Assembly: GCA_964057225.1 (NCBI GenBank)
Contig: OZ059894.1
Coordinates: 22,754,001-22,818,000 of the forward strand
Length of the DNA stretch: 64,000 bases
Direction: 5' to 3'
Source of the DNA: Auanema rhodensis
Lineage: Eukaryota > Animalia > Nematoda
The position numbers were made by a program, and so were the translations under genes. The notes beneath the pieces were generated by a model. The model ran no database searches, was not told where the DNA came from, and was given only the letters and a program-made list of their open reading frames with translations. This document shows positions 25,701 to 39,300 of the stretch, piece after piece. Numbering within the stretch: the first letter of the stretch is position 1; each line of letters starts with the position of its first letter.

Positions 25701-28700
25701 AATACAAAAATTAGTTATGATCGTTTGAAAAATGATGTATTAGTGTATGTTGAGTTTCCATGTACACTCAACATTGCTTCCAAAAACATTTTGACAAAAA
25801 TTTTTTCGAAAAATTTCAGAATAATTCAGCAAAAAGTAAATGATTTTAGATTCCATTTTTCAAGGCAAAGACGATGGACAATGTTATTCAACGAAAAAAT
25901 CAATTCTTCAGGGTGAAAATCGAGGATATAAGTGTGAACTTATATCAGTTGATATCTCGGTGCATTTTTAAGCTAGCGCAAATCTGATAACACAGATCGA
26001 CGCAGCTTAAAAATCCGCATCGAATGCACTATACTACATTGAGAAACGATTAATACAAAAAATAGTTATGATCGTTTGAAAAATGATGCATTAGTGTATG
26101 TTGAGTTTCCATGTACACTCAACATTGCTTCCAAAAACATTTTGACAAAAATTTTTTCGAAAAATTTCAGAATAATTTAGCAAAAAGTAGATGTTTTTAG
26201 ATTCCATTTTTCAAGGCAAAGACGATGGACAATGTTATTCAACGAAAAAATCAATTCTTCAGGGTGAAAATCGAGGATATAAGTGTGAACTTATATCAGT
26301 TGATATCTCGGTGCATTTTTAAGCTAGCGCAAATCTGATAACACAGATCGACGCAGCTTAAAAATCCGCATCGAATGCACTATACTACATTAAGAAACGC
26401 TTAATACAAAAATTAGTTATGATCGTTTGAAAAATGATGCATTAGTGTATGTTGAGTTTCCATGTACACTCAACATTGCTTCCAAAAACATTTTGACAAA
26501 AATTTTTTCGAAAAATTTCAGAATAATTCAGCAAAAAGTAGATGATTTTAGATTCCATTTTTCAAGGCAAAGACGATGGACAATGTTATTCAACGAAAAA
26601 ATCAATTCTTCAGGGTGAAAATCGAGGATATAAGTGTGAACTTATATCAGTTGATATCTCGGTGCATTTTTAAGCTAGCGCAAATCTGATAACACAGATC
26701 GACGCAGCTTAAAAATCCGCATCGAATGCACTATACTACATTGAGAAACGATTAATACAAAAAATAGTTATGATCGTTTGAAAAATGATGCATTAGTGTA
26801 TGTTGAGTTTCCATGTACACTCAACATTGCTTCCAAAAACATTTTGACAAAAATTTTTTCGAAAAATTTCAGAATAATTTAGCAAAAAGTAGATGTTTTT
26901 AGATTCCATTTTTCAAGGCAAAGACGATGGACAATGTTATTCAACGAAAAAATCAATTCTTCAGGGTGAAAATCGAGGATATAAGTGTGAACTTATATCA
27001 GTTGATATCTCGGTGCATTTTTAAGCTAGCGCAAATCTGATAACACAGATCGACGCAGCTTAACAATCCGCATCGAATGCACTATACTACATTAAAAAAC
27101 GCTTAATACAAAAATTAGTTATGATCGTTTGAAAAATGATGCATTAGTGTATGTTGAGTTTCCATGTACACTCAACATTGCTTCCAAAAACATTTTGACA
27201 AAAATTTTTTCGAAAAATTTCATAATAATTTAGCAAAAAGTAGATGTTTTTAGATTCCTTTTTTCAAGGCAAAGACGATGGTCAATGTTATTCAACGAAA
27301 AAATCAATTCTTCAGGGTGAAAATCGAGGATATAAGTGTGAACTTATATCAGTTGATATCTCGGTGCATTTTTAAGCTAGCGCAAATCTGATAACACAGA
27401 TCGACGCAGCTTAAAAATCCGCATCGAATGCACTATACTACATTGAGAAACGCTTAATACAAAAATTAGTTATGATCGTTTGAAAAATGATGTATTAGTG
27501 TATGTTGAGTTTCCATGTACACTCAACATTGCTTCCAAAAACATTTTGACAAAATTTTTTTCGAGAAATTTCAGAATAATTTAGCAAAAAGTAGATGTTT
27601 TTAGATTCTTTTTTTCAAGGCAAAGACGATGGACAATGTTATTCAACGAAAAAATTAATTCTTCAGGGTGAAAATCGAGGATATAAGTGTGAACTTATAT
27701 CAGTTGATATCTCGGTGCATTTTTAAGCTAGCGCAAATCTGATAACACAGATCGACGCAGCTTAAAAATCCGCATCGAATGCACTATACTACATTGAGAA
27801 ACGATTAATACAAAAATTAGTTATGATCGTTTGAAAAATGATGCATTAGTGTATGTTGAGTTTCCATGTACACTCAACATTGCTTCCAAAAACATTTTGA
27901 CAAAAATTTTTTCGAAAAATTTCAGAATAATTTAGCAAAAAGTAGATGTTTTTAGATTCCATTTTTCAAGGCAAAGACGATGAACAATGTTATTCAACGA
28001 AAAAATCAATTCTTCAGGGTGAAAATCGAGGATATAAGTGTAAACTTATATCAGTTGATATCTCGGTGCATTTTTAAGCTAGCGCAAATCTGATAACACA
28101 GATCGACGCAGCTTAAAAATCCGCATCGAATGCACTATACTACATTGAGAAACGATTAATACAAAAATTAGTTATGATCGTTTGAAAAATGATGCATTAG
28201 TGTATGTTGAGTTTCCATGTACACTCAACATTGCTTCCAAAAACATTTTGACAAAAATTTTTTCGAAAAATTTCAGAATAATTTAGCAAAAAGTAGATGT
28301 TTTTAGATTCCATTTTTCAAGGCAAAGACGATGAACAATGTTATTCAACGAAAAAATCAATTCTTCAGGGTGAAAATCGAGGATATAAGTGTAAACTTAT
28401 ATCAGTTGATATCTCGGTGCATTTTTAAGCTAGCGCAAATCTGATAACACAGATCGACGCAGCTTAAAAATCCGCATCGAATGCACTATACTACATTAAG
28501 AAACGCTTAATACAAAAATTAGTTATGATCGTTTGAAAAATGATGCATTAGTGTATGTTGAGTTTCCATGTACACTCAACATTGCTTCCAAAAACATTTT
28601 GACAAAAATTTTTTCGAAAAATTTCAGAATAATTCAGCAAAAAGTAGATGATTTTAGATTCCATTTTTCAAGGCAAAGACGATGGACAATGTTATTCAAC

Positions 28701-31700
28701 GAAAAAATCAATTCTTCAGGGTGAAAATCGAGGATATAAGTGTGAACTTATATCAGTTGATATCTCGGTGCATTTTTAAGCTAGCGCAAATCTGATAACA
28801 CAGATCGACGCAGCTTAAAAATCCGCATCGAATGCACTATACTACATTGAGAAACGATTAATACAAAAAATAGTTATGATCGTTTGAAAAATGATGCATT
28901 AGTGTATGTTGAGTTTCCATGTACACTCAACATTGCTTCCAAAAACATTTTGACAAAAATTTTTTCGAGAAATTTCAGAATAATTTAGCAAAAAGTAGAT
29001 GTTTTTAGATTCCATTTTTCAAGGCAAAGACGATGAACAATGTTATTCAACGAAAAAATCAATTCTTCAGGGTGAAAATCGAGGATATAAGTGTGAACTT
29101 ATATCAGTTGATATCTCGGTGCATTTTTAAGCTAGCGCAAATCTGATAACACAGATCGACGCAGCTTAAAAATCCGCATCGAATGCACTATACTACATTA
29201 AAAAACGCTTAATACAAAAATTAGTTATGATCGTTTGAAAAATGATGCATTAGTGTATGTTGAGTTTCCATGTACACTCAACATTGCTTCCAAAAACATT
29301 TTGACAAAAATTTTTTCGAAAAATTTCAGAATAATTTAGCAAAAAGTAGATGTTTTTAGATTCCATTTTTCAAGGCAAAGACGATGGACAATGTTATTCA
29401 ACGAAAAAATCAATTCTTCAGGGTGAAAATCGAGGATATAAGTGTGAACTTATATCAGTTGATATCTCGGTGCATTTTTAAGCTAGCGCAAATCTGATAA
29501 CACAGATCGACGCAGCTTAAAAATCCGCATCGAATGCACTATACTACATTGAGAAACGATTAATACAAAAAATAGTTATGATCGTTTGAAAAATGATGCA
29601 TTAGTGTATGTTGAGTTTCCATGTACACTCAACATTGCTTCCAAAAACATTTTGACAAAAATTTTTTCGAAAAATTTCAGAATAATTTAGCGAAAAGTAG
29701 ATGTTTTTAGATTCCATTTTTCAAGGCAAAGACGATGGACAATGTTATTCAACGAAAAAATCAATTCTTCAGGGTGAAAATCGAGGATATAAGTGTGAAC
29801 TTATATCAGTTGATATCTCGGTGCATTTTTAAGCTAGCGCAAATCTGATAACACAGATCGACGCAGCTTAAAAATCCGCATCGAATGCACTATACTACAT
29901 TGAGAAACGATTAATACAAAAAATAGTTATGATCGTTTGAAAAATGATGCATTAGTGTATGTTGAGTTTCCATGTACACTCAACATTGCTTCCAAAAACA
30001 TTTTGACAAAAATTTTTTCGAAAAATTTCAGAATAATTTAGCGAAAAGTAGATGTTTTTAGATTCCATTTTTCAAGGCAAAGACGATGGACAATGTTATT
30101 CAACGAAAAAATCAATTCTTCAGGGTGAAAATCGAGGATATAAGTGTGAACTTATATCAGTTGATATCTCGGTGCATTTTTAAGCTAGCGCAAATCTGAT
30201 AACACAGATCGACGCAGCTTAACAATCCGCATCGAATGCACTATACTACATTGAAAAACGCTTAATACAAAAATTAGTTATGATCGTTTGAAAAATGATG
30301 CATTAGTGTATGTTGAGTTTCCATGTACACTCAACATTGCTTCCAAAAACATTTTGACAAAAATTTTTTCGAAAAATTTCAGAATAATTTAGCAAAAAGT
30401 AGATGTTTTTAGATTCCATTTTTCAAGGCAAAGACGATGGACAATGTTATTCAACGAAAAAATCAATTCTTCAGGGTGAAAATCGAGGATATAAGTGTGA
30501 ACTTATATCAGTTGATATCTCGGTGCATTTTTAAGCTAGCGCAAATCTGATAACACAGATCGACGCAGCTTAAAAATCCGCATCGAATGCACTATACTAC
30601 ATTGAGAAACGCTTAATACAAAAATTAGTTATGATCGTTTGAAAAATGATGCATTAGTGTATGTTGAGTTTCCATGTACACTCAACATTGCTTCCAAAAA
30701 CATTTTGACAAAAATTTTTTCGAAAAATTTCAGAATAATTCAGCAAAAAGTAGATGATTTTAGATTCCATTTTTCAAGGCAAAGACGATGGACAATGTTA
30801 TTCAACGAAAAAATCAATTCTTCAGGGTGAAAATCGAGGATATAAGTGTGAACTTATATCAGTTGATATCTCGGTGCATTTTTAAGCTAGCGCAGATCTG
30901 ATAACACAGATCGACGCAGCTTAAAAATCCGCATCGAATGCACTATACTACATTGAGAAACGATTAATACAAAAAATAGTTATGATCGTTTGAAAAATGA
31001 TGCATTAGTGTATGTTGAGTTTCCATGTACACTCAACATTGCTTCCAAAAACATTTTGACAAAAATTTTTTCGAAAAATTTCAGAATAATTTAGCGAAAA
31101 GTAGATGTTTTTAGATTCCATTTTTCAAGGCAAAGACGATGGACAATGTTATTCAACGAAAAAATCAATTCTTCAGGGTGAAAATCGAGGATATAAGTGT
31201 GAACTTATATCAGTTGATATCTCGGTGCATTTTTAAGCTAGCGCAAATCTGATAACACAGATCGACGCAGCTTAAAAATCCGCATCGAATGCACTATACT
31301 ACATTGAGAAACGATTAATACAAAAAATAGTTATGATCGTTTGAAAAATGATGCATTAGTGTATGTTGAGTTTCCATGTACACTCAACATTGCTTCCAAA
31401 AACATTTTGACAAAAATTTTTTCGAAAAATTTCAGAATAATTTAGCGAAAAGTAGATGTTTTTAGATTCCATTTTTCAAGGCAAAGACGATGGACAATGT
31501 TATTCAACGAAAAAATCAATTCTTCAGGGTGAAAATCGAGGATATAAGTGTGAACTTATATCAGTTGATATCTCGGTGCATTTTTAAGCTAGCGCAAATC
31601 TGATAACACAGATCGACGCAGCTTAAAAATCCGCATCGAATGCACTATACTACATTGAGAAACGATTAATACAAAAAATAGTTATGATCGTTTGAAAAAT

Positions 31701-32375
31701 GATGCATTAGTGTATGTTGAGTTTCCATGTACACTCAACATTGCTTCCAAAAACATTTTGACAAAAATTTTTTCGAAAAATTTCAGAATAATTTAGCGAA
31801 AAGTAGATGTTTTTAGATTCCATTTTTCAAGGCAAAGACGATGGACAATGTTATTCAACGAAAAAATCAATTCTTCAGGGTGAAAATCGAGGATATAAGT
31901 GTGAACTTATATCAGTTGATATCTCGGTGCATTTTTAAGCTAGCGCAAATCTGATAACACAGATCGACGCAGCTTAACAATCCGCATCGAATGCACTATA
32001 CTACATTGAAAAACGCTTAATACAAAAATTAGTTATGATCGTTTGAAAAATGATGCATTAGTGTATGTTGAGTTTCCATGTACACTCAACATTGCTTCCA
32101 AAAACATTTTGACAAAAATTTTTTCGAAAAATTTCAGAATAATTTAGCAAAAAGTAGATGTTTTTAGATTCCATTTTTCAAGGCAAAGACGATGGACAAT
32201 GTTATTCAACGAAAAAATCAATTCTTCAGGGTGAAAATCGAGGATATAAGTGTGAACTTATATCAGTTGATATCTCGGTGCATTTTTAAGCTAGCGCAAA
32301 TCTGATAACACAGATCGACGCAGCTTAAAAATCCGCATCGAATGCACTATACTACATTGAGAAACGCTTAATACA

Positions 32376-35183
32376 AAAATTAGTTATGATCGTTTGAAAA
32401 ATGATGCATTAGTGTATGTTGAGTTTCCATGTACACTCAACATTGCTTCCAAAAACATTTTGACAAAAATTTTTTCGAAAAATTTCAGAATAATTCAGCA
32501 AAAAGTAGATGATTTTAGATTCCATTTTTCAAGGCAAAGACGATGGACAATGTTATTCAACGAAAAAATCAATTCTTCAGGGTGAAAATCGAGGATATAA
32601 GTGTGAACTTATATCAGTTGATATCTCGGTGCATTTTTAAGCTAGCGCAGATCTGATAACACAGATCGACGCAGCTTAAAAATCCGCATCGAATGCACTA
32701 TACTACATTGAGAAACGATTAATACAAAAAATAGTTATGATCGTTTGAAAAATGATGCATTAGTGTATGTTGAGTTTCCATGTACACTCAACATTGCTTC
32801 CAAAAACATTTTGACAAAAATTTTTTCGAAAAATTTCAGAATAATTTAGCGAAAAGTAGATGTTTTTAGATTCCATTTTTCAAGGCAAAGACGATGGACA
32901 ATGTTATTCAACGAAAAAATCAATTCTTCAGGGTGAAAATCGAGGATATAAGTGTGAACTTATATCAGTTGATATCTCGGTGCATTTTTAAGCTAGCGCA
33001 AATCTGATAACACAGATCGACGCAGCTTAACAATCCGCATCGAATACACTATACTACATTGAAAAACGCTTAATACAAAAATTAGTTATGATCGTTTGAA
33101 AAATGATGCATTAGTGTATGTTGAGTTTCCATGTACACTCAACATTGCTTCCAAAAACATTTTGACAAAAATTTTTTCGAAAAATTTCAGAATAATTTAG
33201 CAAAAAGTAGATGTTTTAAGATTCCATTTTTCAAGGCAAAGACGATGGACAATGTTATTCAACGAAAAAATCAATTCTTCAGGGTGAAAATCGAGGATAT
33301 AAGTGTGAACTTATATCAGTTGATATCTCGGTGCATTTTTAAGCTAGCGCAAATCTGATAACACAGATCGACGCAGCTTAAAAATCCGCATCGAATGCAC
33401 TATACTACATTAAGAAACGCTTAATACAAAAATTAGTTATGATCGTTTGAAAAATGATGCATTAGTGTATGTTGAGTTTCCATGTACACTCAACATTGCT
33501 TCCAAAAACATTTTGACAAAAATTTTTTCGAAAAATTTCAGAATAATTCAGCAAAAAGTAGATGATTTTAGATTCCATTTTTCAAGGCAAAGACGATGGA
33601 CAATGTTATTCAACGAAAAAATCAATTCTTCAGGGTGAAAATCGAGGATATAAGTGTGAACTTATATCAGTTGATATCTCGGTGCATTTTTAAGCTAGCG
33701 CAGATCTGATAACACAGATCGACGCAGCTTAAAAATCCGCATCGAATGCACTATACTACATTGAGAAACGATTAATACAAAAAATAGTTATGATCGTTTG
33801 AAAAATGATGCATTAGTGTATGTTGAGTTTCCATGTACACTCAACATTGCTTCCAAAAACATTTTGACAAAAATTTTTTCGAAAAATTTCAGAATAATTT
33901 AGCGAAAAGTAGATGTTTTTAGATTCCATTTTTCAAGGCAAAGACGATGGACAATGTTATTCAACGAAAAAATCAATTCTTCAGGGTGAAAATCGAGGAT
34001 ATAAGTGTGAACTTATATCAGTTGATATCTCGGTGCATTTTTAAGCTAGCGCAAATCTGATAACACAGATCGACGCAGCTTAACAATCCGCATCGAATAC
34101 ACTATACTACATTGAAAAACGCTTAATACAAAAATTAGTTATGATCGTTTGAAAAATGATGCATTAGTGTATGTTGAGTTTCCATGTACACTCAACATTG
34201 CTTCCAAAAACATTTTGACAAAAATTTTTTCGAAAAATTTCAGAATAATTTAGCAAAAAGTAGATGTTTTAAGATTCCATTTTTCAAGGCAAAGACGATG
34301 GACAATGTTATTCAACGAAAAAATCAATTCTTCAGGGTGAAAATCGAGGATATAAGTGTGAACTTATATCAGTTGATATCTCGGTGCATTTTTAAGCTAG
34401 CGCAAATCTGATAACACAGATCGACGCAGCTTAAAAATCCGCATCGAATGCACTATACTACATTAAGAAACGCTTAATACAAAAATTAGTTATGATCGTT
34501 TGAAAAATGATGCATTAGTGTATGTTGAGTTTCCATGTACACTCAACATTGCTTCCAAAAACATTTTGACAAAAATTTTTTCGAAAAATTTCAGAATAAT
34601 TCAGCAAAAAGTAGATGATTTTAGATTCCATTTTTCAAGGCAAAGACGATGGACAATGTTATTCAACGAAAAAATCAATTCTTCAGGGTGAAAATCGAGG
34701 ATATAAGTGTGAACTTATATCAGTTGATATCTCGGTGCATTTTTAAGCTAGCGCAGATCTGATAACACAGATCGACGCAGCTTAAAAATCCGCATCGAAT
34801 GCACTATACTACATTGAGAAACGATTAATACAAAAAATAGTTATGATCGTTTGAAAAATGATGCATTAGTGTATGTTGAGTTTCCATGTACACTCAACAT
34901 TGCTTCCAAAAACATTTTGACAAAAATTTTTTCGAAAAATTTCAGAATAATTTAGCAAAAAGTAGATGTTTTTAGATTCCATTTTTCAAGGCAAAGACGA
35001 TGGACAATGTTATTCAACGAAAAAATCAATTCTTCAGGGTGAAAATCGAGGATATAAGTGTGAACTTATATCAGTTGATATCTCGGTGCATTTTTAAGCT
35101 AGCGCAAATCTGATAACACAGATCGACGCAGCTTAACAATCCGCATCGAATGCACTATACAACATTGAAAAACGCTTAATACA
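32376..35183. repeat. 3-monomer higher-order repeat (1053 bp, ~2.7 copies)
   Basis: GCGCAGATCT allele at 32650, 33703 and 34756. Private GAATACACT and TTTTAAGATTCC alleles recur at +1053 (ORFs 33131 and 34184). Confidence 0.88.
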
Positions 35184-38100
35184 AAAATTAGTTATGATCG
35201 TTTGAAAAATGATGCATTAGTGTATGTTGAGTTTCCATGTACACTCAACATTGCTTCCAAAAACATTTTGACAAAAATTTTTTCGAAAAATTTCAGAATA
35301 ATTTAGCGAAAAGTAGATGTTTTTAGATTCCATTTTTCAAGGCAAAGACGATGGACAATGTTATTCAACGAAAAAATCAATTCTTCAGGGTGAAAATCGA
35401 GGATATAAGTGTGAACTTATATCAGTTGATATCTCGGTGCATTTTTAAGCTAGCGCAAATCTGATAACACAGATCGACGCAGCTTAACAATCCGCATCGA
35501 ATGCACTATACTACATTGAAAAACGCTTAATACAAAAATTAGTTATGATCGTTTGAAAAATGATGCATTAGTGTATGTTGAGTTTCCATGTACACTCAAC
35601 ATTGCTTCCAAAAACATTTTGACAAAAATTTTTTCGAAAAATTTCAGAATAATTTAGCAAAAAGTAGATGTTTTTAGATTCCATTTTTCAAGGCAAAGAC
35701 GATGGACAATGTTATTCAACGAAAAAATCAATTCTTCAGGGTGAAAATCGAGGATATAAGTGTGAACTTATATCAGTTGATATCTCGGTGCATTTTTAAG
35801 CTAGCGCAAATCTGATAACACAGATCGACGCAGCTTAAAAATCCGCATCGAATGCACTATACTACATTAAGAAACGCTTAATACAAAAATTAGTTATGAT
35901 CGTTTGAAAAATGATGCATTAGTGTATGTTGAGTTTCCATGTACACTCAACATTGCTTCCAAAAACATTTTGACAAAAATTTTTTCGAAAAATTTCAGAA
36001 TAATTCAGCAAAAAGTAGATGATTTTAGATTCCATTTTTCAAGGCAAAGACGATGGACAATGTTATTCAACGAAAAAATCAATTCTTCAGGGTGAAAATC
36101 GAGGATATAAGTGTGAACTTATATCAGTTGATATCTCGGTGCATTTTTAAGCTAGCGCAAATCTGATAACACAGATCGACGCAGCTTAAAAATCCGCATC
36201 GAATGCACTATACTACATTGAGAAACGATTAATACAAAAAATAGTTATGATCGTTTGAAAAATGATGCATTAGTGTATGTTGAGTTTCCATGTACACTCA
36301 ACATTGCTTCCAAAAACATTTTGACAAAAATTTTTTCGAAAAATTTCAGAATAATTTAGCAAAAAGTAGATGTTTTTAGATTCCATTTTTCAAGGCAAAG
36401 ACGATGGACAATGTTATTCAACGAAAAAATCAATTCTTCAGGGTGAAAATCGAGGATATAAGTGTGAACATATATATGTTGATATCTCGGTGCATTTTTA
36501 AGCTAGCGCAAATCTGATAACACAGATCGACGCAGCTTAACAATCCGCATCGAATGCACTATACTACATTGAAAAACGCTTAATACAAAAATTAGTTATG
36601 ATCGTTTGAAAAATGATGCATTAGTGTATGTTGAGTTTCCATGTACACTCAACATTGCTTCCAAAAACATTTTGACAAAAATTTTTTCGAAAAATTTCAG
36701 AATAATTTAGCAAAAAGTAGATGTTTTTAGATTCCATTTTTCAAGGCAAAGACGATGGACAATGTTATTCAACGAAAAAATCAATTCTTCAGGGTGAAAA
36801 TCGAGGATATAAGTGTGAACTTATATCAGTTGATATCTCGGTGCATTTTTAAGCTAGCGCAAATCTGATAACACAGATCGACGCAGCTTAACAATCCGCA
36901 TCGAATGCACTATACTACATTGAAAAACGCTTAATACAAAAATTAGTTATGATCGTTTGAAAAATGATGCATTAGTGTATGTTGAGTTTCCATGTACACT
37001 CAACATTGCTTCCAAAAACATTTTGACAAAAATTTTTTCGAAAAATTTCAGAATAATTTAGCAAAAAGTAGATGTTTTTAGATTCCATTTTTCAAGGCAA
37101 AGACGATGGACAATGTTATTCAACGAAAAAATCAATTCTTCAGGGTGAAAATCGAGGATATAAGTGTGAACTTATATCAGTTGATATCTCGGTGCATTTT
37201 TAAGCTAGCGCAAATCTGATAACACAGATCGACGCAGCTTAACAATCCGCATCGAATGCACTATACAACATTGAAAAACGCTTAATACAAAAATTAGTTA
37301 TGATCGTTTGAAAAATGATGCATTAGTGTATGTTGAGTTTCCATGTACACTCAACATTGCTTCCAAAAACATTTTGACAAAAATTTTTTCGAAAAATTTC
37401 AGAATAATTTAGCGAAAAGTAGATGTTTTTAGATTCCATTTTTCAAGGCAAAGACGATGGACAATGTTATTCAACGAAAAAATCAATTCTTCAGGGTGAA
37501 AATCGAGGATATAAGTGTGAACTTATATCAGTTGATATCTCGGTGCATTTTTAAGCTAGCGCAAATCTGATAACACAGATCGACGCAGCTTAACAATCCG
37601 CATCGAATGCACTATACTACATTGAAAAACGCTTAATACAAAAATTAGTTATGATCGTTTGAAAAATGATGCATTAGTGTATGTTGAGTTTCCATGTACA
37701 CTCAACATTGCTTCCAAAAACATTTTGACAAAAATTTTTTCGAAAAATTTCAGAATAATTTAGCAAAAAGTAGATGTTTTTAGATTCCATTTTTCAAGGC
37801 AAAGACGATGGACAATGTTATTCAACGAAAAAATCAATTCTTCAGGGTGAAAATCGAGGATATAAGTGTGAACTTATATCAGTTGATATCTCGGTGCATT
37901 TTTAAGCTAGCGCAAATCTGATAACACAGATCGACGCAGCTTAAAAATCCGCATCGAATGCACTATACTACATTAAGAAACGCTTAATACAAAAATTAGT
38001 TATGATCGTTTGAAAAATGATGCATTAGTGTATGTTGAGTTTCCATGTACACTCAACATTGCTTCCAAAAACATTTTGACAAAAATTTTTTCGAAAAATT

Positions 38101-39300
38101 TCAGAATAATTCAGCAAAAAGTAGATGATTTTAGATTCCATTTTTCAAGGCAAAGACGATGGACAATGTTATTCAACGAAAAAATCAATTCTTCAGGGTG
38201 AAAATCGAGGATATAAGTGTGAACTTATATCAGTTGATATCTCGGTGCATTTTTAAGCTAGCGCAAATCTGATAACACAGATCGACGCAGCTTAAAAATC
38301 CGCATCGAATGCACTATACTACATTGAGAAACGATTAATACAAAAAATAGTTATGATCGTTTGAAAAATGATGCATTAGTGTATGTTGAGTTTCCATGTA
38401 CACTCAACATTGCTTCCAAAAACATTTTGACAAAAATTTTTTCGAAAAATTTCAGAATAATTTAGCAAAAAGTAGATGTTTTTAGATTCCATTTTTCAAG
38501 GCAAAGACGATGGACAATGTTATTCAACGAAAAAATCAATTCTTCAGGGTGAAAATCGAGGATATAAGTGTGAACATATATATGTTGATATCTCGGTGCA
38601 TTTTTAAGCTAGCGCAAATCTGATAACACAGATCGACGCAGCTTAACAATCCGCATCGAATGCACTATACTACATTGAAAAACGCTTAATACAAAAATTA
38701 GTTATGATCGTTTGAAAAATGATGCATTAGTGTATGTTGAGTTTCCATGTACACTCAACATTGCTTCCAAAAACATTTTGACAAAAATTTTTTCGAAAAA
38801 TTTCAGAATAATTTAGCAAAAAGTAGATGTTTTTAGATTCCATTTTTCAAGGCAAAGACGATGGACAATGTTATTCAACGAAAAAATCAATTCTTCAGGG
38901 TGAAAATCGAGGATATAAGTGTGAACTTATATCAGTTGATATCTCGGTGCATTTTTAAGCTAGCGCAAATCTGATAACACAGATCGACGCAGCTTAACAA
39001 TCCGCATCGAATGCACTATACTACATTGAAAAACGCTTAATACAAAAATTAGTTATGATCGTTTGAAAAATGATGCATTAGTGTATGTTGAGTTTCCATG
39101 TACACTCAACATTGCTTCCAAAAACATTTTGACAAAAATTTTTTCGAAAAATTTCAGAATAATTTAGCAAAAAGTAGATGTTTTTAGATTCCATTTTTCA
39201 AGGCAAAGACGATGGACAATGTTATTCAACGAAAAAATCAATTCTTCAGGGTGAAAATCGAGGATATAAGTGTGAACTTATATCAGTTGATATCTCGGTG
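35140..39300. repeat. Tandem duplication of a 6-monomer block (2106 bp x 2); boundaries approximate
   Basis: TATACAACATT allele at 35161 and 37267, AACATATATATGTT at 36467 and 38573, and ORFs 35904 and 38010 are all 2106 apart. Confidence 0.88.

Noticed and set aside
33131-34411. 75-aa ORFs at 33131 and 34184, and the minus-strand 66-aa ORF at 41451-41651
   Set aside because: Each arises from a rare point variant that removes a stop codon in one or two monomers. There is no coding signal.
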